Below are positions 55,051-64,000 of a stretch of DNA of 64,000 nucleotides, piece after piece; position 1 is the first letter of the stretch, and the number at the start of each line of letters is the position of its first letter. This stretch comes from Gemmatimonadales bacterium (GTDB lineage: Bacteria > Gemmatimonadota > Gemmatimonadetes > Gemmatimonadales > GWC2-71-9). The stretch spans positions 651-64,650 of the forward strand of contig DATBJC010000083.1 in the NCBI GenBank assembly GCA_036556625.1, written 5' to 3'. Below the pieces are notes generated by a model, which saw nothing but the letters and a program-made list of their open reading frames with translations, made no database searches and was not told where the DNA came from. Both the position numbers and the translations under genes were made by a program.

Positions 55051-55771
55051 TCACGAAGCGCGCGCCGGGACCGGTGTCCGGCGCGTGATCAAGGCTGCCG
55101 CCCGAGAGACGCATGACCTCGCGCGCCACCAGCAACCCGATGCCGGAGAGCGGGTCGGTCTCGCGAGGCCGGAGGCGCTGGAACAGTCGCTCGGCCGCCG
55201 CGGGTGGCAGGCCGGGGCCGTCGTCGGCGACGGTGATCGCGAGATGGCCGCGCTCCTGCGCCGCAGCCATTCGAATGATTCCATCGTCCCTGGACCGAAG
55301 CGCGGCCATCGCGTTGAGCAGCAGATTGAGCAGCGCGTGCTCCAGGTGGCGCCCGATACCCGCCGCGGCCGGGAGCGACGGCTGGATCGAGAGCTCGAGC
55401 GCCGCCCGGAAGCGCGCCGCGCGATGGAGGTCGGCAATGAAGCCGATGGCCTCCTGCACCGCGATGGGGCCGATGTCGGCCGGGGCGGCGGGCTGCATCA
55501 CCCGGGCCAGCAGCTCGATCGCGTGGGCCAGGCGGCGGCACGAGTCCCGGAGGATCTCCTCCACCTCGGTGGCGGGATCCGTCATGAGATCGGCGATCAG
55601 GGTGAGCGACTGCGCCGGGCTCCGGAGATCGTGCAGCACCCATCGCGCCGCCACTGCGAAAGAGGCGGCACGATTGGCGGCGACCAGCAAGGCGAGGTCG
55701 GAAGTGGAAGGCGGGGTGTTTGCGATGCACCAACCTATAACGCCCCGGCGAATGCGCCAGCGGCATAGCAC
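55001..55771 (-). CDS. cytoplasmic histidine kinase without recognisable sensor domain
   Basis: H-box VLHDLRSPAQSL. N-box LLNLLLNAMAA. G1 VADDGPGLP. G2 GIGLLVARE. No TM. The start is GTG 55771 or TTG 55690. Confidence 0.75.
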   Translation of the reverse strand: MLCRWRIRRGVIGWCIANTPPSTSDLALLVAANRAASFAVAARWVLHDLRSPAQSLTLIADLMTDPATEVEEILRDSCRRLAHAIELLARVMQPAAPADIGPIAVQEAIGFIADLHRAARFRAALELSIQPSLPAAAGIGRHLEHALLNLLLNAMAALRSRDDGIIRMAAAQERGHLAITVADDGPGLPPAAAERLFQRLRPRETDPLSGIGLLVAREVMRLSGGSLDHAPDTGPGARFVITLPIWRREALPRSAP

Positions 55772-55786
55772 GACAAGGGAGTGCTC

Positions 55787-56917
55787 ATGATCGCCAGACC
55801 CGAGCCCAAGGCCAGATTGCTGCTCCTGCTGCCGGAAGGCGCGGCGCCCTCCACGCTCCCCGATCATCTGCGGGCCGATGGGCACGAGGTGAGCGTCGCC
55901 CGCTCGCGGGAGGAAGCGCTCGAGCTGGTCACCCGGATGAAGTTCGCCTGTCTGGTGGCGGATGCCGCGTTCGGCGAGGACCGTCTGCCGGAGTTCGTGA
56001 CCGAATGCCTCCAACGCGAGTCCGCGCTGGCGATCGTCATCTCCGGACCGGGGCACGATGCGCGGTCGGCCGTGGGCTGTCTCCGGGCCGGCGCCGTGGA
56101 CTACGTCTCCGACGTGCTGGATTCCTACGCGGTGGAGCGCGCCGTGGTGGAAGCCATCGCCCGCCGGCGGGAAGCGCTCCTGGAGATGGCCACCAGGCGG
56201 ATCCTGTGTGAGGAGGTCGCGAGCCTCACCGGCGACCTGCGGCAGGAGCGGGCTCGGGTGGAGAGCCTGGCACTCGCGACGCTGGAATCGTTGGTTCGCG
56301 TAGTGGAGACCAAGGACCCCTGGCTCGCGGGGCACTCGGTCCGGGTGGCGCAGGTGGCGGCTTCACTCGCGGCCGAGCTGGGCCGCAGCGATCCCGAGGT
56401 CGAGGCCGTCCGCCTGGCCGGCCGGTTGCACGACATCGGCATGATCTGCCTGGGCGACGGCATCCTCTCCAAGGAGGGACCGCTCACCTCGACCGAGTTC
56501 GATCAGGTGAAGCGGCACGTCCTGATCGGTCACCAGATCCTGGAGCCGTTGCCCCATCTCGGCCTGGTGAGCGTGTTCGTGCGAAGCCACCACGAGCGGT
56601 GGGACGGCTCCGGATATCCCGATGGCATGGCGGCGGAGGAGATTCCCTGGGGCGCGCGGCTGATCGGTACTGCGGAGATCTACGATGCGCTCACCACCAC
56701 CCGGCCGTACCGCCAGAGCGTATCGCCCGAGGAAGCGGTGGAGAGTATGCGGACTCTGACCGGGAAGATGATCTGTCCGGTGGTGTTCTCCGCGCTGGCC
56801 AATGTAGTGTCTCGCCGGGAGGCGCTCGTGTTCGTGGACCACCACCACGAGCACGAGCGGCGCGCCACCGGTCAGGAAATCGTCGTCGACTTCGGGCGTT
56901 CGGCGAAGTCGGCCTGA
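55787..56917 (+). CDS. response regulator-like REC domain fused to HD-GYP c-di-GMP phosphodiesterase domain
   Basis: ATG 55787 with AAGGGAG upstream. RLHDIGM (HD) and HHERWDGSGYP (GYP). The N-terminal REC-like domain has non-canonical residues. Confidence 0.88.
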   Translation: MIARPEPKARLLLLLPEGAAPSTLPDHLRADGHEVSVARSREEALELVTRMKFACLVADAAFGEDRLPEFVTECLQRESALAIVISGPGHDARSAVGCLRAGAVDYVSDVLDSYAVERAVVEAIARRREALLEMATRRILCEEVASLTGDLRQERARVESLALATLESLVRVVETKDPWLAGHSVRVAQVAASLAAELGRSDPEVEAVRLAGRLHDIGMICLGDGILSKEGPLTSTEFDQVKRHVLIGHQILEPLPHLGLVSVFVRSHHERWDGSGYPDGMAAEEIPWGARLIGTAEIYDALTTTRPYRQSVSPEEAVESMRTLTGKMICPVVFSALANVVSRREALVFVDHHHEHERRATGQEIVVDFGRSAKSA

Positions 56918-56920
56918 GCC

Positions 56921-57142
56921 TCAGGCTTCATCCACGCCCGGCTTGGGGTCTGCCTTCTGCTTCGCCTTGCCGATCTTCTGTTTGGCTTTGCCTACCAGCT
57001 CCCGAGCCTTCCCCTTCAGCTGCTCCCCCGAATCGCCGGTGACGCCGCCCACCACGTTTCGAACCCGGCCCTCGACGACGTCGGCGGTACCCTCCAGCTC
57101 GTCCGCCGTACCCTCTGTAGCTAAGTCTTTGCGGTCGCTCAT
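56921..57142 (-). CDS. csbD: CsbD-family stress protein
   Basis: ATG 57142. Lys/Gly-rich CsbD pattern (GKARELVGKAKQKIGKA). Confidence 0.78.
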   Translation of the reverse strand: MSDRKDLATEGTADELEGTADVVEGRVRNVVGGVTGDSGEQLKGKARELVGKAKQKIGKAKQKADPKPGVDEA

Positions 57143-57208
57143 GTTGGCCTCATAGTAAGATGGCAGGACCAACATGGCGGAACCGAGCCCCGAAGACCGT
57201 GACTGCGC

Positions 57209-58188
<980 letters not shown>

Positions 58189-58192
<4 letters not shown>

Positions 58193-59163
58193 CGGCCGTC
58201 CTCCGCCAGCCAGCACCGCATCCGATGCCCAGGGCCGACCGGGAGCAGCGGCGGCATGGTTTCGCTCTTGTCGAAAGCCTTGGGGCAGCGCGGCCGGAAC
58301 CGGCACCCGCTGGGCCACGCGCTCGGCGCCGGCACGGTGCCGCCGATCGGTGAGAGTCGCAGGACCGGACCGGTGATGCGGGGAACCGAGGCGAAAAGTC
58401 CCTGGGTGTACGGGTGGGATGGCCGCGCGAAGAGTTGCTCCGTGGGTGCCTCTTCGACGATCTGGCCGGCGTACATCACGGCGACCCGGTCGGCCCGCCC
58501 AGCCACGATGCCGAGGTCGTGGGTGATCAGCAGCACGGCCATCCCGTGGCTCTCGCGCAGCCGGTCGAGCACTTCGAGGATCTGAGCCTGGACCGTCACG
58601 TCGAGCGCCGTGGTGGGCTCGTCGGCCACCAGGATCTCGGGCTCGGCCGACAAGGCGATCGCGATCATCACCCGCTGCCGCATGCCCCCGCTCAGCTCAT
58701 GAGGGTAGGCCTTCAGCCTCGTGGCCGGATCGGGGATTCCCACTTCATTGAGCAGAGTGAGGGCACGCCGGCGGGCCTCGGATCGGGAGACGTCGAAGTG
58801 TGCGCGCACTCCCTCGGCGATCTGATCGCCCACGGTGAACACCGGATTCAGGCTGGTCATCGGATCCTGAAAGATCATTCCGATCCGCCGCCCCCGAATC
58901 TTGCGGAGGGCGTCGCCCTTCAGCGCCAGCACGTCGGTGTCACTCAACCGGATGGTGCTGCCGTCCTCGATCCTCCCCGGTGACGGGACCAGGCGGAGCA
59001 GCGCCAGACTGGTGAGGCTCTTGCCGCAGCCCGACTCTCCGACCAGCGCCAGCATCTCGCCCCGGTCGAGCGACAGGCTGACCCCGTCCACCGGCCGCAC
59101 CCGGGCGCCGCTCCCGCCGGGAAACGAGATGCTCAGGTTCTGGACGTCGAGGACTCGGCTCAT
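58189..59163 (-). CDS. peptide ABC transporter ATP-binding protein (OppD/DppD-like)
   Basis: ATG 59163 overlaps the upstream [38 protein letters not shown]. Confidence 0.88.
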
Positions 59164-60002
59164 GCGCCTCGAGGATCGACGGCGTCGCGCAGCGCGTCGC
59201 CGAAGAGATTGGCCGACAGGACCGTGATGATGATGGCGAGACCCGGAAAGATCCCGGCCCACGGCGCGGCTGCCAGGACCGACTTCGCGTCGAGGATCAT
59301 GCCGCCCCACGAGGGCGTGGGAGGCTGCACCCCGAGACCAAGAAAGGAGAGACCTGCCTCCAGCAGAATCACGTCCCCGACTCCGAGCGTCGCCGCGACC
59401 AGGAGCGGACCGGCGGTGTTGGGCAGCAGGTGGCGGAAGATAACCCGTCTCCGACTGGCGCCGAGCGCTTCGGCGGCCCGCACATAGCTCTCCTCGCGCA
59501 ATCGCAGCACCTCACCTCGCACCAGGCGCCCGGTGCCGAACCAGCCGGTGGCGCCGATCAGGAGGACCAGCACCGCGACCGGCACCTGTTCCCAGACCGC
59601 GAGCACCAGGAGCAGCAGGAAGAGTCGAGGGACCGCGAGCGCGGCGTCCACCACCCGCATGAGCAAGGAGTCCACCGCGCCGCCCCAATAGCCGGCCACC
59701 AGCCCCACCAAGGCGCCCAGCGTCACCGAAAGGCCCACCGCGAGTACCGCCACCGCCAGCGAGATCCGGCCGCCGCTGGCGACCCGGGAGAGGATGTCCC
59801 GACTCAGGTCGTCGGTGCCGAACGGGTGGGCCAGGGTGGGGGCGAGGTTTCGACAGGTGAGCACACAAGGTTGAGCCAGGGGATCGGGGAGCAACAGCGG
59901 TCCGACCCCCGCCGCGGCGGCGATGAGCGCCAGGGTCATCGCGCCGGCTCGCCCCCGCGGGTCACGCCACGCCCTGCGGAGGGCGTCGAGCAGCGGCCTC
60001 AC
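59160..60002 (-). CDS. peptide ABC transporter permease (OppC/DppC-like)
   Basis: GTG 60002 overlaps the upstream TGA. HPFGTDDLSRDILSRV is the typical OppC N-region. Six TMs. Confidence 0.88.
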   Translation of the reverse strand: MRPLLDALRRAWRDPRGRAGAMTLALIAAAAGVGPLLLPDPLAQPCVLTCRNLAPTLAHPFGTDDLSRDILSRVASGGRISLAVAVLAVGLSVTLGALVGLVAGYWGGAVDSLLMRVVDAALAVPRLFLLLLVLAVWEQVPVAVLVLLIGATGWFGTGRLVRGEVLRLREESYVRAAEALGASRRRVIFRHLLPNTAGPLLVAATLGVGDVILLEAGLSFLGLGVQPPTPSWGGMILDAKSVLAAAPWAGIFPGLAIIITVLSANLFGDALRDAVDPRGA

Positions 60003-60970
60003 GAGTGGCGGACCCGGGGATCCAGCAGCGCGTAGGCCAGGTCGGTGAGCAGGCTCGCCACCACCACCAGACCGGCCGCCAGCAGCGCGGCGCCCATCAC
60101 CAGCGGATAGTCGCGGCTGGCCGCGGCATCCGCCGCCAGCGAGCCGAGACCGGGCCAGGCGAACACCATTTCCACGAAGACCGAGCCGGTTACCAGCAAC
60201 GGGAGCCAGAGCCCGAACAGGGTGATTACCGGGAACAGGGCATTGCGCCACCCGTGCCGCCAGACCACCGCCCGCTCCGGGATGCCCTTGGCCCTCGCGG
60301 TTCCTATATAAGGAAGGCGAAGTACCTCGAGCAGGGCGGTGCGCTGATAGCGCATGGTTCCCGCAATGGTCACGATGGACAGCGTCAGGGCGGGGAGCAC
60401 CAGGTGGGCGGCGACGTCGAGGGCGCGGACCATCAATGGTGCATCGGGCGGCAGCAGCGGATCCTTCATCCCGGCGACGGGCAGCCATCCCAGCTTGACT
60501 CCTACCAGCCACGCGAGCACCAGGCCCAGCCAGAACGAAGGCGTGGCATATCCCGCGAGGGAGAGAACGGTGAGCGCGCGGTCCTCCCGACTCCCCCGTC
60601 GGATCGCCTGCCGCACGCCGAGCCAGAGTCCTACCGTGAAGTTGAGCAGGATCGCCGCGCCGCCGAGGAGCATGGTGGGAACCATGCGCCCGGCCAGCAG
60701 CGTGGTCACCGGCAGCCCGTGCTCGATGGAGTTGCCCAGGTCCGCCCGGGCCACGCCCTTCAGGAACTCGGCGAACTGCCGGTGTATCGGCTGGTCCAGG
60801 TGGTAGATCGCCCGCAGGCGGGCCAGCTCCTGGGAGCTCATCATGCGGTCGTCCTGCGCGCGCTGGATCGGGTCGCCCGGCGCCAGCCGCATGAGCACGA
60901 ACATGAGCACCACCGCGGTCGCAAAGGTGAGGACCGCCTGGAGCACCCGCCTGACGAGCCAGGCCCTCAA
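59999..60970 (-). CDS. peptide ABC transporter permease (OppB/DppB-like)
   Basis: MRAWLVRRVLQAVLTFATAVVLMFVLMRLAPGDP is the canonical OppB N-terminus. YIGTARAKGIPE. Confidence 0.9.
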   Translation of the reverse strand: MRAWLVRRVLQAVLTFATAVVLMFVLMRLAPGDPIQRAQDDRMMSSQELARLRAIYHLDQPIHRQFAEFLKGVARADLGNSIEHGLPVTTLLAGRMVPTMLLGGAAILLNFTVGLWLGVRQAIRRGSREDRALTVLSLAGYATPSFWLGLVLAWLVGVKLGWLPVAGMKDPLLPPDAPLMVRALDVAAHLVLPALTLSIVTIAGTMRYQRTALLEVLRLPYIGTARAKGIPERAVVWRHGWRNALFPVITLFGLWLPLLVTGSVFVEMVFAWPGLGSLAADAAASRDYPLVMGAALLAAGLVVVASLLTDLAYALLDPRVRHS

Positions 60971-60971
60971 C

Positions 60972-62603
60972 TCAGGACCCGGCCGCTTCCCAGCGCCAGA
61001 GCGCTCTCCACGAGGACTCCGGCCTGATGGTGACGTCGCGGAACCGGCGGTTCACCCCGAACACGAAGGTCTGGGTATAGAGGAAGGCGGCCGGCGCGGT
61101 CGCCTCCACCTGACGGAGGTAGGCATGCCACAGCCCGCTGTCGGCCCTGGGACTCGCGATGGCCGCCTGCAGCAGGGAATCGGCGGCGGGATCGCAGTAC
61201 CCCGCGACGTTGGTCGGCCCCCCGCAGGTCCAGCTCTGCACCAGTCCGCTGGGCGAGGGGTCCTGAGTCGCGGCCGAAAAGTCGATGTCGAAATCGCCGG
61301 CGGCGCGACGCTGCAGCCAAACGGGGGCTTCCACCCGCACCAGCTCGATGTCCACGCCCACCTGGCGCAGCTGTTCCTTGATCATCACCGCCATCTGGCT
61401 TCGAATGAAGCTGGAGGTACTCACCGTGAGCCGCAGGGACAGCGGAGCGCCGTTCCGGTCCTCCCGGATGCCGTCCTGATTCCGGTCCACCCAGCCGCGT
61501 CCGGCCAGGAGCCGCCGGGCGGTGGACTGGTCCTGCCCGGTGGGCTCGGGGGCACGATGCCGGATCCAGAGCTGAGCCGAGACCGGGCCGAACGGCACGT
61601 ACCCGTACTGTCCCAGGACCGCGCGCACCAGCAGGTCGCGGTCGAGCGCGAGGACCAGCGCGCGCCGCACGTCGGCCTCGGCGAGGATGGGGTGCGGGCG
61701 ATCGCGCGCGGCGGGATCCCGCTGGTTGAACAACAGGTAGCCGACGTTGTTGGAAGGCACCTGCACCACGCGGACGTGCCGCGCCGCTTCGACCCGGGCG
61801 TAGTTGGTGAGCGGCGGCGGAATGTTGTCGATCGCGTCCGCGTCGCCGGCCAGGAGCAGGTTCAACCTGGCATCCGCGCTCGCCGCCACCTGTACGATCA
61901 CCCGCTCGATCTTCGGCCGGCCCAGAAAGAACTCGCGATTGGCCGCCAGCTCGATGAACTGGCCTTCCACCCGTCGCACCCAGCGATAAGGGCCGCTGCC
62001 GAGCGGCCGCTGCACGAAGCCTGACCAGGCCTCCTTGGTGGGTGGGAGATCGGCCAGCAGGTGAGCCGGCAGGATCGCCACATGAAAGCTGGCGTCATAG
62101 AGTTGCTCCGAGTACACCTCGGAGAATCGGAACACGACGTGACGATCGTCCTCGGCCGCCACGCTCGCGATCTGCCGGGTCACCTGGGCGAGCCGCGGCG
62201 CGATCTCGGGGTCACGCGCGCGCCGGTAGGTGAAGACCACGTCGCGGGACGTCACCGGCGCGCCGTCGTGCCAGCGGGCGCGGGGGTCGAGCTCGAAGAT
62301 CAGGGTGAGCGAATCACGGCGGGTCCACCGCCGGGCCAAACGGGGCAGGAATCCGCGGTCGCCCGCGGTGATCAGGCCGGGCCCCACTTCGGCGAGCCGG
62401 AGGAAGAGATGATCGGCGATCTCGAAGTTGGCGAGGTTGTTCTGGGGACCCTCCATCAGCGTCGGTACCGGCGTGGTGGCCTGCTGGCCGGTGACGATCA
62501 CGACGCTGGTGGACTCGTGCTGGGCCCCGGCCCACGGCGGTTGGCTGGCGGACGCACCAACGAGAACCGCAGCGAGGACGAAGCGCGCCGTCCAAGGGTG
62601 CAC
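60972..62603 (-). CDS. family-5 peptide/nickel ABC substrate-binding protein
   Basis: GTG 62603 with GGAG 5 nt upstream and signal peptide ARFVLAAVLVGASAS. SBP_bac_5-like length and pattern. First gene of the opp-like operon. Confidence 0.82.
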   Translation of the reverse strand: MHPWTARFVLAAVLVGASASQPPWAGAQHESTSVVIVTGQQATTPVPTLMEGPQNNLANFEIADHLFLRLAEVGPGLITAGDRGFLPRLARRWTRRDSLTLIFELDPRARWHDGAPVTSRDVVFTYRRARDPEIAPRLAQVTRQIASVAAEDDRHVVFRFSEVYSEQLYDASFHVAILPAHLLADLPPTKEAWSGFVQRPLGSGPYRWVRRVEGQFIELAANREFFLGRPKIERVIVQVAASADARLNLLLAGDADAIDNIPPPLTNYARVEAARHVRVVQVPSNNVGYLLFNQRDPAARDRPHPILAEADVRRALVLALDRDLLVRAVLGQYGYVPFGPVSAQLWIRHRAPEPTGQDQSTARRLLAGRGWVDRNQDGIREDRNGAPLSLRLTVSTSSFIRSQMAVMIKEQLRQVGVDIELVRVEAPVWLQRRAAGDFDIDFSAATQDPSPSGLVQSWTCGGPTNVAGYCDPAADSLLQAAIASPRADSGLWHAYLRQVEATAPAAFLYTQTFVFGVNRRFRDVTIRPESSWRALWRWEAAGS

Positions 62604-62679
62604 GGAGACTCCGGGTCGGGCGATGGAAGAAGGGGCCAACGCAATGTAAACGGAGGGCGTCGGGAAGGAACGGCTGGGC

Positions 62680-63462
62680 TCAGCCCCTCCAGGTCCAGTC
62701 GGGTGAGCGGAACCGCGTCTGGTACCGCCCGGCCTCGCGCACCAGACACTGGGGCATCCCGGCCCGGCCCCACTCGCCGCCCCAGCGCTCGGAGGCGGCT
62801 GTGGCGATGGCATCGGCCACTCGCGCCGGGTCCGGCGAGCCGCTGTCGAGCTGCAGGATCGGGCCCGCGAGGTCGGGCGCTGCGCTGCCGATCGTAAGCG
62901 CGTGCACCAGCGCCTGCCTTCCGGCCAGGAGGATGGATCCGTGCTGCAGCAGGGCGCCGCCTTCCCGCAGCTGGGCACTGCCTACCGCCTTGCGACCGCC
63001 CACCATGATTTCCCCCCCGGCCGGCGAGGAGAAGCAGGCGCCCGCGTCGACCCCGGATGCTCGCCGCGCGGCCGCCAGCTGTGCCTCCACGCCCAGCATG
63101 TGAAGGGCCGAGATCAGCATCCGATGGATCTCCTCGTACGCCTCCCGTAGACCGCCCAGCGCGGTGCCCGGCAGCGCCAGTGCGTAGGTCAGCTCCTCCG
63201 CGTGCCAGACGGCACGTCCGCCGGTGGGACGCCGGACGACATCGAGGCCGAGGTCTTGGATCCTGCTGCGGTCGTAGCGCCGAAGCGCCGGTTCGTGCCG
63301 GCCGAAGGAGAGGCAGTGGGGCGACCAGCGGTAAAGCCGGAGCCAGCGCTCTCCGCCTCGCGCCCGGTCCAGCAATGCCTGGTCGATCGCCATGTTCTGC
63401 CACCCGGGGCGACCGGTGAGGTCCAGCCAGAGCTGCCAGCGCGTTACTGTCCTACTACCCAT
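62680..63462 (-). CDS. lipoate-protein ligase / octanoyltransferase family (BPL/LPL catalytic domain)
   Basis: ATG 63462. [11 protein letters not shown] and GRKAVGSAQ (catalytic Lys). The start overlaps the gcvP stop by 8 nt. Confidence 0.8.
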   Translation of the reverse strand: MGSRTVTRWQLWLDLTGRPGWQNMAIDQALLDRARGGERWLRLYRWSPHCLSFGRHEPALRRYDRSRIQDLGLDVVRRPTGGRAVWHAEELTYALALPGTALGGLREAYEEIHRMLISALHMLGVEAQLAAARRASGVDAGACFSSPAGGEIMVGGRKAVGSAQLREGGALLQHGSILLAGRQALVHALTIGSAAPDLAGPILQLDSGSPDPARVADAIATAASERWGGEWGRAGMPQCLVREAGRYQTRFRSPDWTWRG

Positions 63463-64000
63463 ACGCTTCCACCGGCGGGCACACACAGACCAGGTTCCGG
63501 TCGCCGAACGCGCTGTCGATCCGGCCCACGGTGGGCCACACCTTATGCTCCCGGACCGCCTGGCTGGGGTACGCGGCGCGCTCGCGGGGATAGGGGCGGT
63601 CCCAGCCGTCGGCGATCACCTGCTCCAGCGTGTGGGGCGCGCTGGTCAGGAGGTTGACCTCGCGTCCGGCGCGGCCCTCTTCGATCTCACGGATCTCCTG
63701 CCGGATCGCGATCATCGCGTCGCAGAAGCGGTCCAGCTCTTCCTTGGACTCGCTCTCGGTCGGCTCGATCATCAAGGTGCCGGCCACCGGGAACGAGACC
63801 GTGGGGGGATGAAACCCGTAGTCGATGATCCGCTTGGCGATGTCCTCCACATCCACTCCGGCCGAGGCCTTGAAGGGGCGGGTGTCGATGATGCACTCAT
63901 GCGCCACCAGGCCGCTCGGGGCGGCGTACAGCACCTCGTAGTGACCCTTGAGCCGGCGGGCGATGTAATTGGCGTTGAGGATCGCGATCTTGGTGGCTTC
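63455..64000 (-). CDS. gcvP: glycine dehydrogenase (decarboxylating), C-terminal part (5' end outside window)
   Basis: [15 protein letters not shown]-like [44 protein letters not shown] is the conserved GcvP/GcvPB C-terminus. Confidence 0.9.
   Translation of the reverse strand, partial: EATKIAILNANYIARRLKGHYEVLYAAPSGLVAHECIIDTRPFKASAGVDVEDIAKRIIDYGFHPPTVSFPVAGTLMIEPTESESKEELDRFCDAMIAIRQEIREIEEGRAGREVNLLTSAPHTLEQVIADGWDRPYPRERAAYPSQAVREHKVWPTVGRIDSAFGDRNLVCVCPPVEAYG

Overview
This is a high-G+C (about two-thirds by eye, not computed), gene-dense bacterial chromosomal segment. I call about 66 protein-coding genes on both strands. I recognise no rRNA, tRNA, CRISPR array, transposase, integrase or phage gene. 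All calls rest on motif and fold-pattern recognition in the supplied translations plus start-codon and SD inspection; no database search was run. Gene content in window order: (1) a partial histidine kinase, mscL with a Zn-ribbon tail, a membrane protein plus wHTH regulator, and uppS; (2) secreted hydrolases; (3) three Hanks-type Ser/Thr kinases, one coupled to a SARP/AAA regulator and one with inverted topology coupled to an AlkZ/YcaQ-like gene; (4) a four-gene polysaccharide-modification-like cassette led by a lower-G+C orphan; (5) a long minus-strand run with two paralogous TonB-dependent receptors, fasciclin, lipoproteins, corA and Rieske/cytochrome b-c; (6) gdh and ptrB; (7) an MHYT hybrid kinase, MarR and an isochorismatase-family gene; (8) a SAM-methyltransferase/P450/membrane-protein cassette; (9) an M55 peptidase, csaA and a RidA-family gene; (10) a flagellar sigma-factor regulatory cluster (flgM-like plus CheY-like receiver, sigma-54 activator, flhG-fliA-orf64-flgN-like, sensor-less kinase, REC-HD-GYP); (11) csbD, a five-gene Opp/Dpp-type peptide ABC operon, a lipoate-protein ligase and the 3' end of gcvP. 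My taxonomic impression, by inference only, is a Gemmatimonadota/Acidobacteriota-like soil bacterium. I see no obvious known defence island or mobile element. The most system-like unexplained pieces are the flagellar sigma/anti-sigma module, the orphan-led cassette, the MT-P450 cassette and the twin-TBDR locus. Many long ORFs in the six-frame track are antisense or out-of-frame shadows typical of high-G+C DNA.
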